From positions 108,345 through 172,344 of the forward strand of contig JAUYUA010000092.1 of assembly GCA_030694935.1 (NCBI GenBank): a stretch of 64,000 nucleotides of DNA, given 5' to 3'. This document shows positions 28,835 through 37,900 of the stretch, piece after piece. Numbering within the stretch: the stretch's first letter is position 1; each line of letters starts with the position of its first letter. Below the pieces are notes generated by a model. That model saw nothing but the letters and a program-made list of their open reading frames with translations. It ran no database searches and was not told the DNA's origin. The DNA comes from Lutibacter sp. (GTDB lineage: Bacteria; Bacteroidota; Bacteroidia; Flavobacteriales; Flavobacteriaceae). Position numbers and translations under genes: made by a program.

Positions 28835-29173
28835 ATGAACTTAATTTTAAAAATAGTCTTAACCGCAGTTGCCGTATTGGTTATTGCCCATTTTTTACCG
28901 GGAGTTTCTGTTGTAAATTTCACCAGTTCAGTTATCGTAGCAATCGTTCTGGCATTGTTGAGAGTCACCATAAAACCAATTCTTATCATTTTAACCTTGC
29001 CGGTTACTATCGTAACTTTGGGTTTATTTCTGCTGGTGATCAACGCGTTAATTATCTTGTTGGCCGACAATCTTATTGATGGTTTTCAAGTAACCGGTTT
29101 TTGGATTGCGCTATTATTTAGTTTGATACTCTCTGTTTTTGAATCTATTTTATATTCATTTTTAGACGAATAG
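28835..29173 (+). CDS. Small 4-TM membrane protein (phage holin 4_2 / YvlD-like family)
   Basis: Four hydrophobic helices and a KPILIILTLPVTIVTLGLFLLVINA segment. No neighbouring phage genes. Confidence 0.55.
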   Translation: MNLILKIVLTAVAVLVIAHFLPGVSVVNFTSSVIVAIVLALLRVTIKPILIILTLPVTIVTLGLFLLVINALIILLADNLIDGFQVTGFWIALLFSLILSVFESILYSFLDE

Positions 29174-29229
29174 CAATAAAATAGTTGAATTTGAACGGGT
29201 TAAATATTTGTTAGATGCGTAAAAAATAG

Positions 29230-29237
29230 TACTTTTG
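29230..29237 (+). promoter_or_regulatory. -7 box TACTTTTG upstream of tig
   Basis: Matches TAnnTTTG, 40 nt upstream of the ATG at 29277. Confidence 0.4.
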
Positions 29238-29276
29238 CACCCAATTTTGAATGATTTAAGATAAAAACAGCATAAA

Positions 29277-30599
29277 ATGAATATTACAAAAGAAAATATC
29301 GATGCGTTAAATGCAGTGGTAAAGGTTGAAATTTCAGCCGCAGATTACCAAGAAAAAGTAGCGAAAATTTTACTGGATTACCGTAAAAAAGCGGATGTTC
29401 CCGGATTTAGAAAAGGACAAGTGCCTATGGGAATGGTTAAAAAACAGTACGGGAAATCTATTATGATTGATGAGGTTAACAAATTGTTGCAAGAAGCTTT
29501 AAACAATTTTTTAATTGAAGAGAAATTAGATATTCTTGGAAATCCATTGCCAAAAATGGAAGAAGAATTTTCTTGGGATAAAGATGATTATGTTTTTGAA
29601 TTTGAATTGGGTCTGGCTCCTGAATTTGAAGTGAACTTGGATGCAAAAAATAAAGTGACACAATACAATATTGTTGCAGACAAAGAATTATTGAAAAAAG
29701 AAGTTGAAAATATCAGAAAACGTTTTGGGAAATTGGTTCCTAAAGATGTTGTTGAAGAAGGCGTGAACATTGCCGGAACTTTCGTAAACGAAGAAAAAGA
29801 AATCAACAAAAAATCGACTATTTCTTTAGAATCCATCAAAGGAAAAGCCAATCAACAAAAATTACTGGGAAAAAAAGTGGGAGATGTTGTTGCGTTAAAC
29901 ACCAAAGGTTTGTTTGATGACGACCACAAATTAATGGGCGCTTTGGGATTGAGCCATGATGAAATTCACGGAATTGAAATTCCGGTAACGTTTACCATTG
30001 AAGAAATTAACGCAAATGAACTTGCTGAAATTAACCAAGAATTGTTCGATAAAATATTTGGTGCTGATGTTGTAAAATCGGAAGCCGAATTAAAAGCAAA
30101 AATTAAAGAAGATGCTGAAAAGCAATTCCTAACACAATCCGATCAACAATTGTTGAATGCAGTGACTGAATATTTGGTGGAAAATACCAAATTCGATTTG
30201 CCTGCTGAATTCCTTAAAAAATGGATGGTTGTTGCCGGTGAAAAACCGATGACTCCAGAAGATGCTGCTGAAGAATATGAAAAATCGGAAAAAGGGTTGC
30301 GTTACCAATTAATTGAAGGGAAAATTTTAAAAGACAACAAACTTCATGTTAGTTATGACGAATTGAAAGACTTTACCAAAGGTTTTGTGAAAATTCAAAT
30401 GGCACAATACGGACAATTAAATCCGGAAGAAAAGGAATTGGATGATATTGCCCAACGTGTTTTAAGCAACCAAGATGAAGCAAGACGTTTGCAGGAACAA
30501 TTGGTAAGTCAAAAATTATTGAATTTCTATAAAGAAAAAATGACTTTTAAAACGAAAGAAGTGAACTACGAAGAATTTGTAAAAGAAGTTTACAAATAA
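29277..30599 (+). CDS. tig: Trigger factor
   Basis: N-terminal ribosome-binding GFRKGQVP motif, size 440 aa, acidic helical C-terminal domain. Confidence 0.9.
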   Translation: MNITKENIDALNAVVKVEISAADYQEKVAKILLDYRKKADVPGFRKGQVPMGMVKKQYGKSIMIDEVNKLLQEALNNFLIEEKLDILGNPLPKMEEEFSWDKDDYVFEFELGLAPEFEVNLDAKNKVTQYNIVADKELLKKEVENIRKRFGKLVPKDVVEEGVNIAGTFVNEEKEINKKSTISLESIKGKANQQKLLGKKVGDVVALNTKGLFDDDHKLMGALGLSHDEIHGIEIPVTFTIEEINANELAEINQELFDKIFGADVVKSEAELKAKIKEDAEKQFLTQSDQQLLNAVTEYLVENTKFDLPAEFLKKWMVVAGEKPMTPEDAAEEYEKSEKGLRYQLIEGKILKDNKLHVSYDELKDFTKGFVKIQMAQYGQLNPEEKELDDIAQRVLSNQDEARRLQEQLVSQKLLNFYKEKMTFKTKEVNYEEFVKEVYK

Positions 30600-30620
30600 A
30601 AACTTGCATTTCTATAAAAT

Positions 30621-30660
30621 CAAAAAACGCCTTGAAGAATTTCTTAAAGGCGTTTTTTTT
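30621..30660 (+). terminator. Rho-independent terminator of tig (copy 1 of a duplicated ~55-80 bp segment)
   Basis: AAAAAACGCCTTGAAGAA-T-TTCTTAAAGGCGTTTTTTTT. A near-identical copy lies at 46291-46328. Confidence 0.8.
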
Positions 30661-30827
30661 ATGGGTTTTATCGAAATCTCAACAAAATAAACTCCCAAGA
30701 ATTAAATTCAATTGTGCACAATAAAAATGGAAACAAAAAAAACTGTATTTTAACCGCTAACTAATTGGGTTCATTTTAATAGTAGGATTTTTTAAACCAG
30801 AAATCAATCTAAATACATAACAAATTA

Positions 30828-31592
30828 ATGAAAGGAATCATGTCTTCACAAATTGAAATCAACAAACTAACCGCAATCATAGTTGATGATGAACTTCACG
30901 GCAGGGAAAATCTAAAACTGATTATTCAAAATTACTGTCCGGAGATTGAAGTTATAGGAAGTGCAGACGATGTGGTTTCGGCAATAGCTTTGGTGAAAAA
31001 TCATTTGCCCGACGTTGTTTTTCTAGATATTAATATGCCGGTACTTGATGGATTTGATTTTCTTGACGAATTTGAAGATCGAAAATTTATGGTTGTTTTT
31101 GTAAGTGCTCACGACGAATTTGGAATTAATGCGGTAAAAGTTAGGGCAGAAGATTATCTTTTAAAACCGATAAATATCAAAGAACTCAAATTGTGCGTTA
31201 AAAAACTGCTGTGTATAAATGGTAAAAAAAACAGTTTCAAACCTGTTTTAGAAAATAATAAATTGGTTATTTCTGCTTCCCGTGGATTTAATATTCTCAA
31301 TATCGACGATATTTTGCGGTTGGAAGCTGATGGCTGTTATACCACAATTGTCACTAAAGACAAAAAAAACTCTGTAATATCACGCACTTTAAAAGATTTC
31401 GAAGAATCATTGCCAAAAGAATATTTTTTTCGGATTCACAAATCGCACCTGATTAATTTGAAATATATCAAGGACTATTCAAACTTTAGCGGAAACTTTG
31501 TCACCATGACCGACGGCAGTAAAGTTGAAATATCGCGCCGAAAAACACCAGAATTTATCCTGCGCGTAAAAACATTTCTAAATACTGTTTAG
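30828..31592 (+). CDS. LytTR-family two-component response regulator (REC + LytTR DNA-binding domain)
   Basis: IVDDE...DVVFLDINMP receiver motifs. C-terminal LRLEADGCYTTI...FFRIHKSHLINLKYI LytTR signature. Confidence 0.9.
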   Translation: MKGIMSSQIEINKLTAIIVDDELHGRENLKLIIQNYCPEIEVIGSADDVVSAIALVKNHLPDVVFLDINMPVLDGFDFLDEFEDRKFMVVFVSAHDEFGINAVKVRAEDYLLKPINIKELKLCVKKLLCINGKKNSFKPVLENNKLVISASRGFNILNIDDILRLEADGCYTTIVTKDKKNSVISRTLKDFEESLPKEYFFRIHKSHLINLKYIKDYSNFSGNFVTMTDGSKVEISRRKTPEFILRVKTFLNTV

Positions 31593-31594
31593 AG

Positions 31595-34594
31595 ATGCTT
31601 AATAAAAATATAATTTTTGCCGCATTTTTTCTCTTTTGTTTTCCAAATATCCATTCACAAACCCCATCTTATTATCATTATACTTCGTCCGACGGATTGG
31701 CATCTTCCACCGTTTACGATATTATTCAAGATAATGACGGATTTATGTGGTTTGCCACCGCCAACGGAATAAGTAAGTTTGATGGCAATCACTTTGCTAC
31801 ATTCCGAACCAAAGACGGTTTAAATTCCAACTCAATTATTTCTCTTTTGGAAGGAAGAAAAGGCGAATTATACATCGGTAATTTTGAAAAGGGAATTAAT
31901 ATTTTAAAAAATGGTAAAATTGAAAATTATTGCAGCGTAATTGACGGCAAAAGTTTGGTGATTTCTTACTTAATATTTGACACTTCAAAAAAAAATGAAC
32001 AGAAAATTATTGCATATAATGGTTGGGGTGATATCAATTTAATCAGTGAAACCGCATCGGGTAAACTGAGCACAAAAATTATTAAGGCCTTTCCCGTTTA
32101 CATCAATAAATTAGAAAAACTGGCAAATGGTGATTTAATGGCTTTAACTACAACGGGTTTGTATGATTTTAAAGTTGAATCACTTTCAAAATTGAACATC
32201 AAAAGTTTGCCCGAAACTTCAGTTTTTTGTCTCGCCAACGGCAATGACGGGAGTTACTATATCGGCACAAAAGGAACAATTTACCAATTAAAAAACAAGG
32301 CTATAATTGGAACATATAAAATAGATTTAGCGAGCAACAATGAGGTTACCGCTATTTTAAGCGATAAAAATAATAATATTTGGTTTTCAAACAGAAATTC
32401 GGGTTTTTATATGATTCCAAACGGTTCAAACAAAATAATAGATATTGGAAGTAAATTAGACCTACAAAATACGCTGGTAAACAAATATTTTGAAGATAAG
32501 GAAGGAAATATTTGGATCAGCACTTTTGGAAAAGGCGTTTATTGCATTAACAATCTTTACCTAAAAAGTTATAATGAAAATGACGGATTGCATAATAATA
32601 ACGTTTATGCTATTGCTAAAGTAAGTTCGGGAAAATTATTATTGGGTACTTTTAATGGCGTAAGTATTTTAGAAAACGGAAAATTCGACCAGATCAAAAA
32701 TAAAAATGATAAAACTTTATCGGAATATATTTATAACATTAAAAATTTAAATAATGAATTTTATGTTTGTGGGTCAGTTGTAAAAAACGACACATCCACT
32801 ATTTCTTATAAAGACATAAAATTGCATTTGTTTGATGGACTTTCATTTTGCAAATTAAGCAATGGATTGTACTTGTTTGGAGGAAGAACAAATTACATAA
32901 GAGTGCAAAATAAGTTTAATGATGGTAAAAACCAAGCATCAGAAGTGTTTATTTTTGGTGAAGAGCGCAGCGCAAACCGAATCAATCAAATTTTTGAGGA
33001 TTCAGAAAAAACACTTTGGATTGGCACCGGACATGGTTTGTGCAAAGCATCAGTTTTGCTCGATAAAGCAGGGAAACTAACTTTAAAGAAAACCTTTTTT
33101 AAATCCAATTCAATTTTAAATTCGAAAATAAATGCCATTATTCAAGATAATGACCACAACATTTGGGTAGCCGGAGAAAAAGGGATTGTTCGTTATAATC
33201 TAAAAAACAATTCCATTACAGACTATGAAAATATTGGGGATCAGGATTTATCGTCGTCTACTTCAGTTGTTTCCGACAAAAAAAACAGAATTTGGGTTGG
33301 AAATATGAAGGGTCTTTATTTGGTTGATGGCAACACAATTAAATATTTTAATAAGCAAACCGGCCTTCCGTCGGATGAAGTTTATTCACTTTTTTATGAT
33401 CGGGGAAAAAACCAGTTAGTGATTGGTTCAAGCGCCGGGATCACGTTTTTGGATATTGGTTTGTATGACAATGCTATTTTACCGCAACTACAGGTTAAAA
33501 TTATGGGCGTAAAGGCCGGGGATTCAATTTACGCCAACTATAACCATCTGGTTTTTGAGCCTGAACAGCGAAATGTTTCCATTAATTTTAAAGCGCTAAA
33601 CTTTTCTTCTCCGGGCTCTGTGAGATATCAGTATAAATTAGATGACAGCAAATGGAAAGAAACCCACGATGATGTTCTTAATTTTCTTTCTCTTAAAAAT
33701 GGAAAATATAACCTCCAAATTAGGGCAAAATCCCAAAATGGAAATTGGAGCAATCCGGCTCAGATTTCCTTTGAAGTGAAACCTCGTTTTACAGAAACCG
33801 TTTGGTTTAAATTTTTGATGCTGTTAATTGTTGCATTGGTTTCGAGTTTCTTGGTGGCTTGGCAAGCCAGAATTCAACAGCGTAAAGCACGTAAAAAACT
33901 AAAATTGAATCAGAGAATTAATGACCTTAAACATCAAGCTTTGTCGGCCATGATGAACCCGCATTTTATTTTTAACTCCCTTAATTCGGTACAATATCTT
34001 ATCAACAGCAACAGAAATGAAGAAGCCAACGATTATATAGCGATTATGGCTAAATTGATACGGAAAAATTTGGAAACCGCCGGAAGCGGATTTATACTTT
34101 TATCTGAAGAAATCAGCCGACTGAAACTTTATTTGAATTTGGAGAAACTCAGATTTCAGGACAGGTTTTCTTTTGAGATTATTACAGGAAACGATATAGA
34201 TTCAAATGCTTTAATGATTCCGAATATGATTCTCCAGCCATTTGTTGAAAACGCGCTGTGGCACGGCATTCTTAATTCGGGAATAAAAGGTTTGCTGACC
34301 ATCTCTTTTTCTTTTGAAAATATAGAAATTGATGGTGAAATTTGTAAATCACTACTGATTAAAGTTACCGATAATGGCATTGGAATTATTGAAGCAAGGA
34401 AACATAAAAAAGTTGACCATATTTCAAAAGGAATCCAGATTATTGAGGAACGCCTCCGTTTGTTGAGCGAAAAAATGGAATTGCCCCAACCAATTATGAT
34501 TGACGATTTAAGCAATCAAAATAATAATGCACACGGCACCGAGGTTATCATTTCACTTCCGCCTCCGCTCTATCAAATAATTGTCAAGGAATAA
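31595..34594 (+). CDS. Sensor histidine kinase: periplasmic two-component-regulator beta-propeller repeats + Y_Y_Y domain, TM, LytS-type His_kinase + HATPase
   Basis: Repeated DGFMWFAT / GNIWIST / LWIGTGHGL propeller blades, VRYQYKLD (Y_Y_Y), TM, NPHFIFNSLNSVQYLI, PFVENALWHG. Starts 2 nt after the response-regulator stop. Confidence 0.88.
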   Translation: MLNKNIIFAAFFLFCFPNIHSQTPSYYHYTSSDGLASSTVYDIIQDNDGFMWFATANGISKFDGNHFATFRTKDGLNSNSIISLLEGRKGELYIGNFEKGINILKNGKIENYCSVIDGKSLVISYLIFDTSKKNEQKIIAYNGWGDINLISETASGKLSTKIIKAFPVYINKLEKLANGDLMALTTTGLYDFKVESLSKLNIKSLPETSVFCLANGNDGSYYIGTKGTIYQLKNKAIIGTYKIDLASNNEVTAILSDKNNNIWFSNRNSGFYMIPNGSNKIIDIGSKLDLQNTLVNKYFEDKEGNIWISTFGKGVYCINNLYLKSYNENDGLHNNNVYAIAKVSSGKLLLGTFNGVSILENGKFDQIKNKNDKTLSEYIYNIKNLNNEFYVCGSVVKNDTSTISYKDIKLHLFDGLSFCKLSNGLYLFGGRTNYIRVQNKFNDGKNQASEVFIFGEERSANRINQIFEDSEKTLWIGTGHGLCKASVLLDKAGKLTLKKTFFKSNSILNSKINAIIQDNDHNIWVAGEKGIVRYNLKNNSITDYENIGDQDLSSSTSVVSDKKNRIWVGNMKGLYLVDGNTIKYFNKQTGLPSDEVYSLFYDRGKNQLVIGSSAGITFLDIGLYDNAILPQLQVKIMGVKAGDSIYANYNHLVFEPEQRNVSINFKALNFSSPGSVRYQYKLDDSKWKETHDDVLNFLSLKNGKYNLQIRAKSQNGNWSNPAQISFEVKPRFTETVWFKFLMLLIVALVSSFLVAWQARIQQRKARKKLKLNQRINDLKHQALSAMMNPHFIFNSLNSVQYLINSNRNEEANDYIAIMAKLIRKNLETAGSGFILLSEEISRLKLYLNLEKLRFQDRFSFEIITGNDIDSNALMIPNMILQPFVENALWHGILNSGIKGLLTISFSFENIEIDGEICKSLLIKVTDNGIGIIEARKHKKVDHISKGIQIIEERLRLLSEKMELPQPIMIDDLSNQNNNAHGTEVIISLPPPLYQIIVKE

Positions 34595-34611
34595 ATTTAC
34601 TTTTTACACTT

Positions 34612-34662
34612 ACCGTTAAATTAGGAAAACCTACCGTTAGTTTATTAATACCTACCGCACGC
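34612..34662 (+). promoter_or_regulatory. Three phased LytTR-type direct repeats (ACCGTTAAA, ACCGTTAGT, degenerate ACCGCACGC; 21-bp start-to-start)
   Basis: Box 2 matches [TA][AC][CA]GTTN[AG][TG] 9/9 and box 1 matches 8/9, with 12-bp spacers. The array sits directly upstream of -33/-7 elements of the downstream operon. Confidence 0.6.
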
Positions 34663-34671
34663 TTGTTAGCT

Positions 34672-34703
34672 ATTGTGATAGCCGATTCTTGTGTTTAGAT
34701 TTG
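34672..34703 (+). promoter_or_regulatory. Putative promoter of the giant-protein operon (-33 ATTG at 34672-34675, -7 TAGATTTG at 34696-34703)
   Basis: TAnnTTTG match with a 20-bp gap to a TTG element. Lies 21 nt upstream of the ATG at 34724. Confidence 0.45.
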
Positions 34704-34723
34704 ATACAAAAGCTAAAGCTCCC

Positions 34724-34975
34724 ATGTGGAATTTTCTAAAAAACTTACAGAATTTATTTACAAAGAAGCAATCTGTTTCCACACCACTTTTAATTATCAA
34801 AAAAAGTGCTGATGATGCTAATGTAAAAGAATACAACTCAATTGAAGAAGCCATTGCCGATCTTGAAAACGACCCAAATGTTCCCGCAGAAAAAATAAAA
34901 AAGCTAAAATCGTCCGTTAAATTGTTAAAGGACAAGTCTTCCATAAAAATCAGAAATGGTGAAATCATAAAATAA
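34724..34975 (+). CDS. Small hypothetical protein (83 aa, no signal peptide), first ORF of the operon
   Basis: ATG at 34724 is preferred over GTG at 34691, which overlaps the -7 box. Charged K/E-rich sequence. Ends 13 nt before the next gene. Confidence 0.45.
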   Translation: MWNFLKNLQNLFTKKQSVSTPLLIIKKSADDANVKEYNSIEEAIADLENDPNVPAEKIKKLKSSVKLLKDKSSIKIRNGEIIK

Positions 34976-34987
34976 AATACAACAGTT

Positions 34988-37900
34988 ATGAAGAAACATC
35001 TTGTGCTCCTATTATTGGCAATTACTTTTCAGGGTTTTGCGCAAACCAATCTTATTACCGGTATCAACATTTCTCTGCCTGCAAACCCAAGTGGAAATAT
35101 TGCTGAATGGTCTAAATCTATGCCACCGTTCATGATTTCTGCACAAACCAGAATGGAAAACGGAAAAGTGTCCCCAATGGTGACGGAAAGCCGAATTTTG
35201 GTTTCTATAAAAGGCAATGGTGCCGTTTGCGGAAACTATACTGTTGACAATGCTCCGTCAAGTAATTTTAATTCACCCGCTAAAGTATGGTCGGGCGAAG
35301 CGGCGCTTAACTTATTGGGAAAAACTTGCGTTTTAAAACCTGGGAATTATGAACTTTGTGTAAAGTTCTATGGCTATGGCGCTGTTGGCCAGGTTTTAAT
35401 CGGTGAAAGCTGTAAATCATTTACCATAAAAGAAACTGAGCATAAATCGTATCAGCCACCTCAGCCTTTAACGCCCGTAAATGGACTTTCCTATACAACT
35501 GGTGACTTCGCGCAACCACAGTTGTTTCGTTGGACTCCTATAGTACCAAAACCTCAAGAGCCGGTAACTTATAGGTTAAAAGTTTGGCAACTGACTGAAG
35601 GCCAAACAGGAACGCAAGCGATGAAGGCAAACCAGCCTATTATTACCAAAGATGTTGAAAATATGACGCAGGTTGTGATTAATAATATTATAGATGGTCC
35701 TTGCAAACCACCTTACCTATGCGATTTTGTATGGAATGTTCAAGCATTAAACAAAGAAGGGAATCCAATAGGTGAAAATAAAGGAATAAGCAGCCCATTT
35801 CAGTTTGCGGTAAATGAAGCAGCGCCAAACGTTAATAAATCAATGCCTGTTAATGAAGAGGAGGAAGTAGTGGTTCCAACAGGAAATATTGCGGTTAACG
35901 ACACCATTTATGCCGGTTATAATGGAGAATTTGCCATTATTACAACACAAGTTAGCGGCACCAATAAATTTTCAGGTAAAGGAACAGCCTTCATAAATTG
36001 GCTAAAGGCACGAGTGAGCGTTAAATTTGACAGCATTACTGTTGATACCAATAAGAAATTGCTCACAGGAAAAATTTTGGCTGAAATTCATGCTACAGCG
36101 CCAGTTTATCCGCAAGATTGGGCTTTAGAAATTGTAGCCAACAATCCTTGGGCGAATAGTGCGGCTTCAAGTATGGTTACTTGGGTTGAAAGCCAAACCA
36201 ATCAAACAATTCCTTATAATAATTTAACAGAAGTAACGACTCCGGTGAAATTGCCTCTTGGACTTAATTTTCCAAACGGGGATCAATTGGCGATCACCGA
36301 ATTGGTTTTTAGAAACAATAAATCTGAATTCAATTTGGTAACTTCAAAAACTACGCCGCAAGACTGGGGAAATCCTGTTCAATTGGTAGGTTTTATTGCT
36401 AAAAATATAGAATTTCATCCCAGCAATATTAAAATGCCTCCCAATAGAATAGAACTTGTTGAAGATGTTACCATTATTGCAAATCCTAAAATTAATTTCA
36501 CCTTTAAAAAACCCACAAATTCAAATACAGGTTGTTTTGTAGAATGGGGTGAAAATGGATTTTCGCAATTCGGAATCGAAATACATTCTGAGTTTACCAG
36601 AGATTGGTTATTGCCTTCTCCTGATGATGGAATTTCCAAAACCAAGGCAAAACTATTTGCCTTAGGCACTGCTTGGAATGATTTGGTTTTAACTGGTACT
36701 TTGGATAAATCAGAAATAGTTTCCGCACAAGGAATGACAGTATTGGCCGATAGTTTGTCTTATGATATGTCCGATGTTTTAAATCCGCCAAGCATCACCT
36801 TTCCAGAAAATTATGATGGAGAAACATCCAACTTATTCAGGGGTTTTTATATGAAAGAATTGGTTGTGGAAATGCCCACAACCTGGCAAACCAATTCGGG
36901 CGGCAAACCTCAAATTTCAGTTCAAAATATGATTATTGACAATACAGGTATTACGCTATTTGCGGAAGCTACCAATGTTGTTCAGTTTCCAAATGCAAAC
37001 GTAGCCGATTTGGTTGCGAGCATTGATACGGTTCACGTAGAAATTGAATCGAGTTCGCTTGTTGAAGCAAGTGTTAAAGGCCGAATTGGATTGCCGGTAA
37101 GTAAAGCGGATTCTATTCAAAATCCATTAAAATATATCGCACTATTCAATAACGCGCAATTGCCTTCTCAAACAAGCTATTTTCAATTAACCATTGAACC
37201 GACAGGTCCAATTTATGCAAATTTGTTAAAAGGCGTGATGACACTTGCCCAAACCTCAAATATTGTTGCGTATGTTGATAAAAACAAAAAAACATTTCAA
37301 ACAATGCTCAACGGAAATTTTGTTTGGAACAATGTGAAATTAGGGCCGGTGAAAAATGTCAATATGAACATAGGATTTCAAGGAATTGCCATGAATTATG
37401 ACTCAAGTTTGGCAAGTAATAAATTCACCTTCAATGCGGGCGCATGGTCATTTGCAAGTCCTCAAAAATTCCTGGCAAATTTCCCGGTAACCATAGACAA
37501 TATCGGATTTAAGCAATTGCCAACCACAGGCAGTCAAATGCTTCATGGAAAATTAAATTTTGATGTCATTTTTAACTTGTCAACAGATGTAGGAGGGCAA
37601 TCTAAATTGGCCGTTGAATTGGCAATTGAAGACAATCAAAATGCTTCAGGATTGGGAAAATTTAAACCAAAATATATTGGAACCAGTATTTCCGACATCA
37701 GTGTTTATGCAAATTTACCAGCCGTTTCTATTGATGGAACCATTCAATTCAGAAATGATGATCCCGTTTTTGGAAATGGTTTCAAGGGAACACTTCAAGC
37801 AACTTTTAAAGCACCAAAAGTGAGTATTTCAGCTTTGGCCGAATTTGGAAACACCAGTTATCTTCATACATCAACTTACAGATATTGGCGGGTTGAAGCA

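Noticed and set aside
28835-29173. The holin-family membrane protein as evidence for a prophage or lysis cassette.
   Set aside because: It is an isolated gene between a hydrolase and tig, with no endolysin, spanin or phage structural genes. This family is widespread as a housekeeping small membrane protein.
30753-30761. Possible autoregulatory LytTR half-site (ACCGCTAAC) upstream of the response-regulator gene, and a single ACCGTTTAA at 27953-27961.
   Set aside because: Each is a single imperfect box with no partner at 21-22 bp, which is expected by chance.
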